From positions 432,202,001 through 432,266,000 of the forward strand of contig OZ024740.1 of the NCBI GenBank assembly GCA_964016885.1: DNA of 64,000 bases, given 5' to 3'. Shown one piece after another: positions 50,002-64,000 of the stretch. A model generated the notes under the pieces. The model did no database searches. It worked only from the letters and a program-made list of their open reading frames with translations, and was not told the DNA's origin. The first letter of the stretch is position 1. Every line of letters begins with the position of its first letter. The stretch comes from Eledone cirrhosa (Eukaryota). A program made the position numbers and the translations under genes.

Positions 50002-50227
50002 CCCTTTCATCACTGCATTTCTAATAAAATACACTGTTTCAATTAATTAATGAAGAATTATGAGAGATTTATCAAAATTATTATTTCATTACTAAGATAG
50101 TAACTTAATGTAAGGTTTTTATATAAATTTATGTCAGAAGATTTTAATCTAAATTGGAAACCTTTAAAATGGGTGGTTTAATTTCATAGAACCAGAGCTG
50201 GTTTTGGTCAGGTTGGTAACTAAAGGG
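50002..50227. mobile_element. Probable piggyBac-type MITE (different family)
   Basis: TCAA|CCCTTT...AAAGGG|TTGA; degenerate TTAA flanks. Confidence 0.5.
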
Positions 50228-50711
50228 TTGACTGAAAGGAAAACATCTGTATATGACTTTTCATACTTCTGTGAACATCAGCACAAGACAATGTTTCATG
50301 TTATTGTGTTCAGTATCTCAAAATTCTGATTTCAAATTCTGGTGGAGTTGATCTTCCCTGGCTTGAGGTTGCTAAAATAACTACAGTTTAAATCCTAAAG
50401 GACCAGTCATAACTCCTTAGAAACTGTTCATATCATCATTGAAATGTCTGTATATATACGATCACGCCGCCTTCTCCCTCACATCACCTTGTCAAATCCC
50501 ACCACACCTATCATACACCCATAACATATATTCTCACCCCTTCTCAGAGAGATAGAAGACAGAAGAACAACTTGGTGACAGGGAGACAGAGCTATGTGAT
50601 CCCAGGAAGACAGAGGTACAACTTGGTGACAGAACTTTGTATTCCCAGGAAGACAGAGGTACAACCTGATCCGATTAAGATTAAAGTTAGGAATTTGAGA
50701 TTCATTCCCCA

Positions 50712-53700
50712 ACAATCCACCAACTTCCACTGTGACTGCTACCACTGTAACAATTCTGCTACCACAATCCATCAACTACCACTGAGACAATCCATCAACT
50801 ACCACTGTGACAATCCTGCTACCACTATGACAATCCATCAACTACCACTGTGACCATCCATCAACTACCACTGTGACAATCCTGCTACCACTATGACAAT
50901 CCATCAACTACCACTGTGACCATCCATCAACTACCACTGTGACAATCCATCAACTACCACTGTGACCATCCATCAACTACCACGGTGACAATCAATCAAC
51001 TACCACTGTGACCATCCATCAACTACCACTGTGACAATCCATCAACTACCACTGTGACAATCCATCAACTACCACTGTGACCATCCATCAACTACCACTG
51101 TGACAATCCATCAACTACCACTGTGACCATCCATCAACTACCACTGTGACCATCCATCAACTACCACTGTGACAATCCATCAACTACCACTGTGACAATC
51201 CATCAACTACCACTGTGACAATCCATCAACTACCACTGTGACCATCCATCAACTACCACTGTGACCATCCATCAACTACCACTGTGACCATCCATCAACT
51301 ACCACTATGACAATCCATCAACTACCACTGTGACCATCCATCAACTACCACTGTGACAATCCATCAACTACCACTGTGACAATCCATCAACTACCACTGT
51401 GACAATCCATCAACTACCACTGCGACCATCCATCAACTACCACTGCGACAATCCATCAACTACCACTGCGACAATCCATCAACTACCACTGCGACAATCC
51501 ATCAACTACCACTGCGACAATCCATCAACTACCACTGTGACAATCCATCAACTACCACTGTGACAATCCATCAACTACCACTGTGACAATCCATCAACTA
51601 CCACTGTGACAATCCATCAACTACCACTGTGACCATCCATCAACTACCACTGTGACAATCCATCAACTACCACTGTGACAATCCATCAACTACCACTGTG
51701 ACCATCCATCAACTACCACTGTGACCATCCATCAACTACCACTGTGACCATCCATCAACTACCACTGTGACCATCCATCAACTACCACTGTGACCATCCA
51801 TCAACTACCACTGTGACCCTCCATCAACTACCACTGTGACAATCCATCAACTACCACTGTGACCATCCATCAACTACCACTGTGACAATCCATCAACTAC
51901 CACTGTGACAATCCATCAACTACCACTGTGACAATCCTGCTACCACTATGACAATCCATCAACTTCCACTGTGACCATCCATCAACTACCACTGTGACAA
52001 TCAATCAACTACCACTGTGACAATCCATCAACTACCACTGTGACAATCCATCAACTACCACTGTGACCATCCATCAACTACCACTGTGACAATCCATCAA
52101 CTACCACTGTGACCATCCATCAACTACCACTGTGACAATCCATCAACTACCACTGTGACCATCCATCAACTACCACTGTGACAATCCATCAACTACCACT
52201 GTGACAATCCATCAACTACCACTGTGACAATCCATCAACTACCACTGTGACCATCCATCAACTACCACTGCGACAATCCATCAACTACCACTGCGACAAT
52301 CCATCAACTACCACTGCGACAATCCATCAACTACCACTGTGACAATCCATCAACTACCACTGTGACAATCCATCAACTACCACTGTGACAATCCATCAAC
52401 TACCACTGTGACCATCCATCAACTACCACTGTGACAATCCATCAACTACCAGTGTGACAATCCATCAACTACCACTGTGACCATCCATCAACGACCACTG
52501 TGACAATCCATCAACTACCACTGTGACAATCCATCAACTACCACTGTGACAATCCATCAACTACCACTGTGACCATCCATCAACAACCACTGTGACCATC
52601 CATCAACTACCACTGTGACCATCCATCAACTACCACTGTGACCATCCATCAACTACCACTGTGACCATCCATCAACTACCACTGTGACCATCCATCAACT
52701 ACCACTGTGACAATCCATCAACTACCACTGTGACAATCCATCAACTACCACTGTGACAATCCATCAACTACCACTGTGACCATCCATCAACTACCACTGT
52801 GACCATCCATCAACTACCACTGTGACCATCCATCAACTACCACTGCGACAATCCATCAACTACCACTGCGACAATCCATCAACTACCACTGCGACAATCC
52901 ATCAACTACCACTGTGACAATCCATCAACTACCACTGTGACAATCCATCAACTACCACTGTGACAATCCATCAACTACCACTGTGACAATCCATCAACTA
53001 CCACTGTGACAATCCATCAACTACCACTGTGACCATCCATCAACTACCACTGTGACCATCCATCAACTACCACTGTGACAATCCATCAACTACCACTGTG
53101 ACCATCCATCAACTACCACTGTGACAATCCATCAACTACCACTGTGACAATCCATCAACTACCACTGTGACAATCCATCAACTACCACTGTGACCATCCA
53201 TCAACTACCACTGTGACCATCCATCAACTACCACTGTGACCATCCATCAACTACCACTGTGACCATCCATCAACTACCACTGTGACCATCCATCAACTAC
53301 CACTGTGACCATCCATCAACTACCACTGTGACAATCCATCAACTACCACTGTGACAATCCATCAACTACCACTGTGACAATCCATCAACTACCACTGTGA
53401 CCATCCATCAACTACCACTGTGACAATCCATCAACTACCACTGTGACAATCCATCAACTACCACTGTGACAATCCATCAACTACCACTGTGACAATCCAT
53501 CAACTACCACTGTGACAATCCATCAACTACCACGGTGACAATCCTGCTACCACTGTGACAATCCATCAACTACCACTGTGACAATCCATCAACTACCACT
53601 GTGACAATCCATCAACTACCACTGTGACAATCCATCAACTACCACTGTGACAATCCATCAACTACCACTGTGACAATCCATCAACTACCACTGTGACAAT

Positions 53701-56700
53701 CCATCAACTACCACTGTGACAATCCATCAACTACCACTGTGACAATCCATCAACTACCACTGTGACAATCCATCAACTACCACTGTGACAATCCATCAAC
53801 TACCACTGTGACAATCTATCAACTACCACTGTGACAATCCATCAACTACCACTGTGACAATCCATCAACTACCACTGTGACAATCCATCAACTACCACTA
53901 TGACAATCCATCAACTACCACTGTGACCATCCATCAACTACCACTGTGACAATCCATCAACTACCACTATGACAATCCATCAACTACCACTATGACAATC
54001 CATCAACTACCACTGTGACAATCCATCAACTACCACTGTGACAATCCATCAACTACCACTGTGACAATCCATCAACTACCACTGTGACAATCCATCAACT
54101 ACCACTGTGACAATCCATCAACTACCACTGTGACAATCCATCAACTACCACTGTGACAATCCATCAACTACCACTATGACAATCCATCAACTACCACTGT
54201 GACAATCCATCAACTACCACTGTGACAATCCATCAACTACCACTGTGACAATCCATCAACTACCACTGTGACAATCCATCAACTACCACTGTGACAATCC
54301 ATCAACTACCACTGTGACAATCCATCAACTACCACTATGACAATCCATCAACTACCACTGTGACAATCCATCAACTACCACTGTGACAATCCATCAACTA
54401 CCACTGTGACAATCCATCAACTACCACTGTGACAATCCATCAAATACCACTATGACAATCCATCAACTACCACTATGACAATCCATCAACTACCACTGTG
54501 ACCATCCATCAACTACCACTGTGACAATCCATCAACTACCACTGTGACAATCCATCAACTACCACTGTGACAATCCATCAACTACCACTGTGACAATCCT
54601 GCTACCACTGTGACCATCCATCAACTACCACTGTGACAATCCATCAACTACCACTGTGACCATCCATCAACTACCACTGTGACAATCCATCAACTACCAC
54701 TGTGACAATCCATCAACTACCACGGTGACAATCCATCAACTACCACTGTGACCATCCATCAACTACCACTGTGACAATCCATCAACTACCACTGTGACAA
54801 TCCATCAACTACCATGGTGACAATCCTGCTACCACTGTGACAATCCATCAACTACCACTGTGACAATCCATCAACTACCACTGTGACAATCCATCAACTA
54901 CCACTGTGACAATCCATCAACTACCACTGTGACAATCCATCAACTACCACTGTGACAATCAATCAACTACCACGGTGACAATCCATCAACTACCATGGTG
55001 ACAATCCTGCTACCACTATGACAATCCATCAACTACCACTGTGACAATCCATCAACTACCACTGTGACCATCCATCAACTACCACTGTGACAATCCATCA
55101 ACTACCACTGTGACAATCCATCAACTACCACTGTGACAATCCATCAACTACCATGGTGACAATCCTGCTACCACTGTGACAATCCATCAACTACCACTGT
55201 GACAATCCATCAACTACCACTGTGACAATCCATCAACTACCACTGTGACAATCCATCAACTACCACTGTGACAATCCATCAACTACCACTGTGACAATCC
55301 TGCTACCACTGTGACAATCCATCAACTACCACTGTGACAATCCATCAACTACCACTGTGACAATCCATCAACTACCACTGTGACAATCCATCAACTACCA
55401 CTGTGACAATCCATCAACTACCACTGTGACAATCCATCAACTACCACTGTGACAATCAATCAACTACCACGGTGACAATCCATCAACTACCACGGTGACA
55501 ATCCATCAACTACCACTATGACAATCCTGCTACCACTGTGACAATCCATCAACTACCACTGTGACAATAAATCAACTACCACTGTGACAATCCATCAACT
55601 ACCACTGTGACAATCCATCAACTACCACTGTGACAATCCATCAACTACCACTGTGACAATCCATCAACTACCATGGTGACAATCCTGCTACCACTGTGAC
55701 CATCCATCAACTACCACTGTGACAATCCATCAACTACCACTGTGACAATCCATCAACTACCACTGTGACAATCCATCAACTACCACTATGACAATCCATC
55801 AACTACCACTGTGACCATCCATCAACTACCACTGTGACAATCCATCAACTACCACTATGACAATCCATCAACTACCACTGTGACAATCCATCAACTACCA
55901 CTGTGACAATCCATCAACTACCACTGTGACAATCCATCAACTACCACTGTGGCAATCCATCAACTACCACTATGACAATCCATCAACTACCACTGTGACC
56001 ATCCATCAACTACCACTGTGACAATCCATCAACTACCACTGTCACAATCCATCAACTACCACTGTGACAATCCATCAACTACCACTGTGACAATCCATCA
56101 ACTACCACTGTGACAATCCATCAACTACCACTGTGACAATCCATCAACTACCACTGTGACAATCCATCAACTACCACTGTGACAATGCATCAACTAGCAC
56201 TGTGACAATCCATCAACTACCACTATGACAATCCATCAACTACCACTGTGACAATCCATCAACTACCACTGTGACCATCCATCAACTACCACTGTGACAA
56301 TCCATCAACTACCACTGTGACAATCCATCAACTACCACTGTGACAATGCATCAACTAGCACTGTGACAATCCATCAACTACCACTATGACAATCCATCAA
56401 CTACCACTGTGACAATCCATCAACTACCACTGTCACAATCCATCAACTACCACTGTGACAATCCATCAACTACCACTGTGACAATCCATCAACTACCACT
56501 GTGACAATCCATCAACTACCACTGTGACAATCCATCAACTACCACTATGACAATCCATCAACTACCACTGTGACAATCCATCAACTACCACTGTGACCAT
56601 CCATCAACTACCACTGTGACAATCCATCAACTACCACTGTGACAATCCATCAACTACCACTGTGACAATCCATCAACTACCACTGTGACCATCCATCAAC

Positions 56701-59700
56701 TACCACGGTGACAATCCATCAACTACCACTGTGACAATCCATCAACTACCACTGTGACCATCCATCAACTACCACAGTGACAATCCAACTACCACGGTGA
56801 CAATCCATCAACTACCACTGTGACAATCCATCAACTACCACTGTGACCATCCATCAACTACCACGGTGACAATCCATCAACTACCACGGTGACAATCCAT
56901 CAACTACCACTGTGACAATCCATCAACTACCACTGTGACCATCCATCAACTACCACGGTGACAATCCATCAACTACCACTGTGACAATCCATCAACTACC
57001 ACTGTGACAATCCATCAACTACCACTGTGACAATCCATCAACTACCACTGTGACCATCCATCAACTACCACGGTGACAATCCATCAACTACCACGGTGAC
57101 AATCCATCAACTACCACTGTGACAATCCATCAACTACCACGGTGACAATCCATCAACTACCACTGTGACAATCCATCAACTACCACTGTGACAATCCATC
57201 AACTACCACTGTGACCATCCATCAACTACCACGGTGACAATCCATCAACTACCACGGTGACAATCCATCAACTACCACTGTGACAATCCATCAACTACCA
57301 CTGTGACAATCCATCAACTACCACTGTGACAATGCATCAACTAGCACTGTGACAATCCATCAACTACCACTATGACAATCCATCAACTACCACTGTGACA
57401 ATCCATCAACTACCACTGTGACCATCCATCAACTACCACTGTGACAATCCATCAACTACCACTGTGACAATCCATCAACTACCACTGTGACCATCCATCA
57501 ACTACCACGGTGACAATCCATCAACTACCACTGTGACAATCCATCAACTACCACTGTGACAATCCATCAACTACCACTGTGACAATCCATCAACTACCAC
57601 TGTGACAATCCATCAACTACCACTGTGACCATCCATCAACTACCACTGTGACAATCCATCAACTACCACTGTGACAATCCATCAACTACCACTGTGACCA
57701 TCCATCAACTACCACTGTGACAATCCATCAACTACCACTGTGACAATCCATCAACTACCACTGTGACCATCCATCAACTACCACTGTGACAATCCATCAA
57801 CTACCACTGTGACAATCCATCAACTACCACTGTGACCATCCATCAACTACCACTGTGACAATCCATCAACTACCACTGTGACAATCCATCAACTACCACT
57901 GTGACAATCCATCAACTACCACTGTGACCATCCATCAACTACCACTGTGACAATCCATCAACTACCACTGTGACAATCCATCAACTACCACTGTGACAAT
58001 GCATCAACTAGCACTGTGACAATCCATCAACTACCACTATGACAATCCATCAACTACCACTGTGACAATCCATCAACTACCACTGTCACAATCCATCAAC
58101 TACCACTGTGACAATCCATCAACTACCACTGTGACAATCCATCAACTACCACTGTGACAATCCATCAACTACCACTGTGACAATCCATCAACTACCACTG
58201 TGACAATCCATCAACTACCACTGTGACAATGCATCAACTAGCACTGTGACAATCCATCAACTACCACTATGACAATCCATCAACTACCACTGTGACAATC
58301 CATCAACTACCACTGTGACCATCCATCAACTACCACTGTGACAATCCATCAACTACCACTGTGACAATCCATCAACTACCACTGTGACAATCCATCAACT
58401 ACCACTGTGACCATCCATCAACTACCACGGTGACAATCCATCAACTACCACTGTGACAATCCATCAACTACCACTGTGACCATCCATCAACTACCACAGT
58501 GACAATCCAACTACCACGGTGACAATCCATCAACTACCACTGTGACAATCCATCAACTACCACTGTGACCATCCATCAACTACCACGGTGACAATCCATC
58601 AACTACCACGGTGACAATCCATCAACTACCACTGTGACAATCCATCAACTACCACTGTGACCATCCATCAACTACCACGGTGACAATCCATCAACTACCA
58701 CTGTGACAATCCATCAACTACCACTGTGACAATCCATCAACTACCACTGTGACAATCCATCAACTACCACTGTGACCATCCATCAACTACCACGGTGACA
58801 ATCCATCAACTACCACGGTGACAATCCATCAACTACCACTGTGACAATCCATCAACTACCACGGTGACAATCCATCAACTACCACTGTGACAATCCATCA
58901 ACTACCACTGTGACCATCCATCAACTACCACGGTGACAATCCATCAACTACCACGGTGACAATCCATCAACTACCACTGTGACAATCCATCAACTACCAC
59001 TGTGACAATCCATCAACTACCACTGTGACCATCCATCAACTACCACGGTGACAATCCATCAACTACCACTGTGACAATCCATCAACTACCACTGTGACAA
59101 TGCATCAACTACCACTGTGACAATCCATCAACTACCACTGTGACCATCCATCAACTACCACGGTGACAATCCATCAACTACCACTGTGACCATCCATCAA
59201 CTACCACTGTGACAATCCATCAACTCCCACTGTGACAATCCATCAACTACCACTGTGACAATGCATCAACTAGCACTGTGACAATCCATCAACTACCACT
59301 ATGACAATCCATCAACTACCACTGTGACAATCCATCAACTACCACTGTGACCATCCATCAACTACCACTGTGACAATCCATCAACTACCACTGTGACAAT
59401 CCATCAACTACCACTGTGACCATCCATCAACTACCACGGTGACAATCCATCAACTACCACTGTGACAATCCATCAACTACCACTGTGACAATCCATCAAC
59501 TACCACTGTGACAATCCATCAACTACCACTGTGACAATCCATCAACTACCACTGTGACCATCCATCAACTACCACTGTGACAATCCATCAACTACCACTG
59601 TGACAATCCATCAACTACCACTGTGACCATCCATCAACTACCACTGTGACAATCCATCAACTACCACTGTGACAATCCATCAACTACCACTGTGACCATC

Positions 59701-62700
59701 CATCAACTACTACTATCACAATCCTGCTACCACTGTGACAATCCATCAACTACCACTGTGACAATCCATCAACTACCACTGTGACCATCCATCAACTACC
59801 ACTGTGACAATCCATCAACTACCACTGTGACAATCCATCAACTACCACTATGACAATCCTGCTACCACTGTGACAATCCATCAACTACCACTGTGACCAT
59901 CCATCAACTACCACTGTGACAATCCATCAACTACCACTGTGACAATCCATCAACTACCACTGTGACAATCCTGCTACCACTGTGACAATCCATCAACTAC
60001 CACTGTGACAATCCATCAACTACCACTGTGACAATCCATCAACTACCACTGTGACAATCCATCAACTACCACTGTGACAATCCATCAACTACCACTGTCA
60101 CCATCCATCAACTACCACTGTGACAATCCATCAACTACCACTATGACAATCCTGCTACCACTGTGACAACCCATCAACTACCACTGTGACCATCCATCAA
60201 CTACCACTGTGACAATCCATCAACTACCACTGTGACAATCCTGCTACCACTGTGACAATCCATCAACTACCACTGTGACAATCCATCAACTACCACTGTG
60301 ACAATCCATCAACTACCACTGTGGCAATCCATCAACTACCACTGTGACAATCCATCAACTACCACTGTGACCATCCATCAACTACCACTGTGACAATCCA
60401 TCAACTACCACTGTGACAATCCATCAACTACCACTGTGACAATCCATCAACTACCACTGTGACAATCCATCAACTACCACTGTGACAATCCATCAACTAC
60501 CACTATGACAATCCATCAACTACCACTGTGACAATCCATCAACTACCACTGTGACAATCCATCAACTACCACTGTGACAATCCATCAACTACCACTGTGA
60601 CAATCCATCAACTACCACTGAGACAATCCATCAACTACCACTATGACAATCCATCAACTACCACTGTGACCATCCATCAACTACCACTGTGACAATCCAT
60701 CAACTACCACGGTGACAATCCATCAACTACCACTATGACAATCCTGCTACCACTGTGACAATACATCAACTACCACTGTGACAATCCATCAACTACCACT
60801 GTGACAATCCATCAACTACCACTGTGACAATCCATCAACTACCACTGTGACCATCCATCAACTACCACTGTGACAATCCATCAACTACCACTGTGACCAT
60901 CCATCAACTACCACTGTGACCATCCATCAACTACCACTGTGACAATCGATCAACTACCACTGTGACCATCCATCAACTACCACTGTGACAATCCATCAAC
61001 TACCACTGTGACAATCCATCAACTACCACTGTGACAATCCATCAACTACCACGGTGACAATCCATCAACTACCACGGTGACAATCCATCAACTACCACTG
61101 TGACAATCCATCAACTACCACTGTGACCATCCATCAACTACCACTGTGACAATCCATCAACTACCACTGTGACCATCCATCAACTACCACTGTGACCATC
61201 CATCAACTACCACTGTGACCATCCATCAACTACCACTGTGACCATCCATCAACTACCACTGTGACCATCCATCAACTACCACTGTGACAATCGATCAACT
61301 ACCACTGTGACCATCCATCAACTACCACTGTGACAATCCATCAACTACCACTGTGACAATCCATCAACTACCACTGTGACAATCCATCAACTACCACGGT
61401 GACAATCCATCAACTACCACGGTGACAATCCATCAACTACCACTGTGACAATCCATCAACTACCACTGTGACCATCCATCAACTACCACTGTGACAATCC
61501 ATCAACTACCACTGTGACCATCCATCAACTACCACTGTGACCATCCATCAACTACCACTGTGACCATCCATCAACTACCACTGTGACCATCCATCAACTA
61601 CCACTGTGACAATCCATCAACTACCACTGTGACCATCCATCAACTACCACTGTGACAATCCATCAACTACCACTGTGACCATCCATCAACTACCACTGTG
61701 ACAATCCATCAACTACCACTGTGACAATCCATCAACTACCACTGTGACAATCCATCAACTACCACTGTGACCATCCATCAACTACCACTGTGACCATCCA
61801 TCAACTACCACTGTGACAATCCATCAACTACCACGGTGACTATCCATCAACTACCACTATGACAATCCTGCTACCACTGTCACAATCCATCAACTACCAC
61901 TGTGACCATCCATCAACTACCACTGTGACAATCCACCAACTACCACTGTGACAATCCATCAACTACCACTGTGACAATCCATCAACTACCACTGTGACAA
62001 TCCATCAACTACCACTGTGACAATCCATCAACTACCACTATGACAATCCATCAACTACCACTGTGATCATCCATCAACTACCACTGTGACAATCCAACAA
62101 CTACCACTATGACAATCCATCAACTACCACTGTGACAATCCATCAACTACCACTGTGACAATCCATCAACTACCACTGTGACAATCCATCAACTACCACT
62201 GTGGCAATCCATCAACTACCACTATGACAATCCATCAACTACCACTGTGACCATCCATCAACTACCACTGTGACAATCCATCAACTACCACTGTGACAAT
62301 CCATCAACTACCACTGTGACAATCCATCAACTACGACTGTGACAATCCATCAACTACCACTGTGACAATCCATCAACTACCACTATGACAATCCATCAAC
62401 TACCACTGTGACAATCCATCAACTACCACTATGACAATCCTGCTACCACTGTGACAATCCATCAACTACCACTGTGACAATCCATCAACTACCACTGTGA
62501 CAATCCATCAACTACCACTGTGACAATCCATCAACTACCACTGTGACAATCCATCAACTACCACTGTGACCATCCATCAACTACAACTGTGACAATCCAT
62601 CAACTACCACTGTGACAATCCATCAACTACCACTCTGACAATCCATCAACTACCACTCTGACAATCCATCAACTACCACTGTGACAATCCATCAACTACC

Positions 62701-64000
62701 ACTATGACAATCCTGCTACCACTGTGACAATCCATCAACTACCACTGTGACAATCCATCAACTACCACTGTGACCATCCATCAACTACCACTGTGACAAT
62801 CCATCAACTACCACTGTGACAATCCATCAACTACCACTGTGACAATCCATCAACTACCACTATGACAATCCTGCTACCACTGTGACAATCCATCAACTAC
62901 CACTGTGACAATCCATCAACTACCACTGTGACCATCCATCAACTACCACTGTGACAATCCATCAACTACCACTGTGACAATCCATCAACTACCACTGTGA
63001 CAATCCATCAACTACCACTGTGACAATCCATCAACTACCACTGTGACCATCCATCAACTACCACTCTGACAATCCATCAACTACCACTCTGACAATCCAT
63101 CAACTACCACTGTGACAATCCATCAACTACCACTGTGACAATCCATCAACTACCACTGTGACAATCCATCAACTACCACTGTGACAATCCATCAACTACC
63201 ACTATGACAATCCTGCTACCACTGTGACAATCCATCAACTACCACTGTGACAATCCATCAACTACCACTGTGACCATCCATCAACTACCACTGTGACAAT
63301 CCATCAACTACCACTGTGACAATCCATCAACTACCACTGTGACAATCCATCAACTACCACTGTGACAATCCATCAACTACCACTGTGACCATCCATCAAC
63401 TACCACTCTGACAATCCATCAACTACCACTCTGACAATCCATCAACTACCACTGTGACAATCCATCAACTACCACTGTGACAATCCATCAACTACCACTG
63501 TGACAATCCATCAACTACCACTGTGACCATCCATCAACTACCACTGTGACAATCCATCAACTACCACTGTGACAATCCATCAACTACCACTGTGACAATC
63601 CATCAACTACCACTATGACAATCCTGCTACCACTGTGACAATCCATCAACTACCACTGTGACAATCCATCAACTACCACTATGACAATCCTGCTACCACT
63701 GTGACAATCCATCAACTACCACTGTGACCATCCATCAACTACCACTGTGACCATCCATCAACTACCACTGTGACCATCCATCAACTACCACTGTGACCAT
63801 CCATCAACTACCACTGTGACCATCCATCAACTACCACTGTGACAATCCATCAACTACCACTGTGACCATCCATCAACTACCACTGTGACAATCCATCAAC
63901 TACCACTGTGACAATCCATCAACTACCACTGTGACCATCCATCAACTACCACTGTGACAATCCTGCTACCACTATGACAATCCATCAACTACCACTGTGA
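50712..64000. repeat. 23-bp satellite, ~575 copies in window (runs off right edge), inside a SEC24 intron
   Basis: Unit CCATCAACTACCACTGTGAC(A/C)AT with interspersed 21-bp CCTGCTACCACT variants. Confidence 0.98.

Noticed and set aside
50712-64000. Telomeric or centromeric repeat
   Set aside because: No TTAGGG-type unit; it lies upstream of an internal SEC24 exon and is therefore intronic; centromere function cannot be inferred from sequence.

Overview
AT-rich, repeat-dense eukaryotic (animal) genomic DNA; the SINE/LINE content resembles what I recall from octopus genomes (inference, not verified). Two spliced housekeeping genes lie on the minus strand. The last five coding exons of a SEC24C/D-type COPII gene span 49952->37439. 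The first five coding exons of PIGQ/GPI1 span 21357->12338, with two probable 5'UTR exons upstream. Both were assembled by hand with GT-AG junctions and consistent phases, and the ORF track misses most of these exons. About half the window is intronic tandem repeat, with a different unit in each array (48, 48, 15, 48, 25, 32, 56, 32 and 23 bp). The 3885-aa ORF is the translation of one such 48-bp satellite. The intergenic region (about 27.4-33.7 kb) is a nested transposon stack. Its centrepiece is a very young 2005-bp non-coding LTR element (LTRs 326/327 identical). It has an unusually long 32-nt tRNA-Trp primer-binding site with a substitution exactly at tRNA position 58, a second short PBS-like motif and a nested solo LTR, and a scrambled sister copy lies next to the likely PIGQ 5' end. 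No CRISPR, rRNA or intact tRNA gene is supported.
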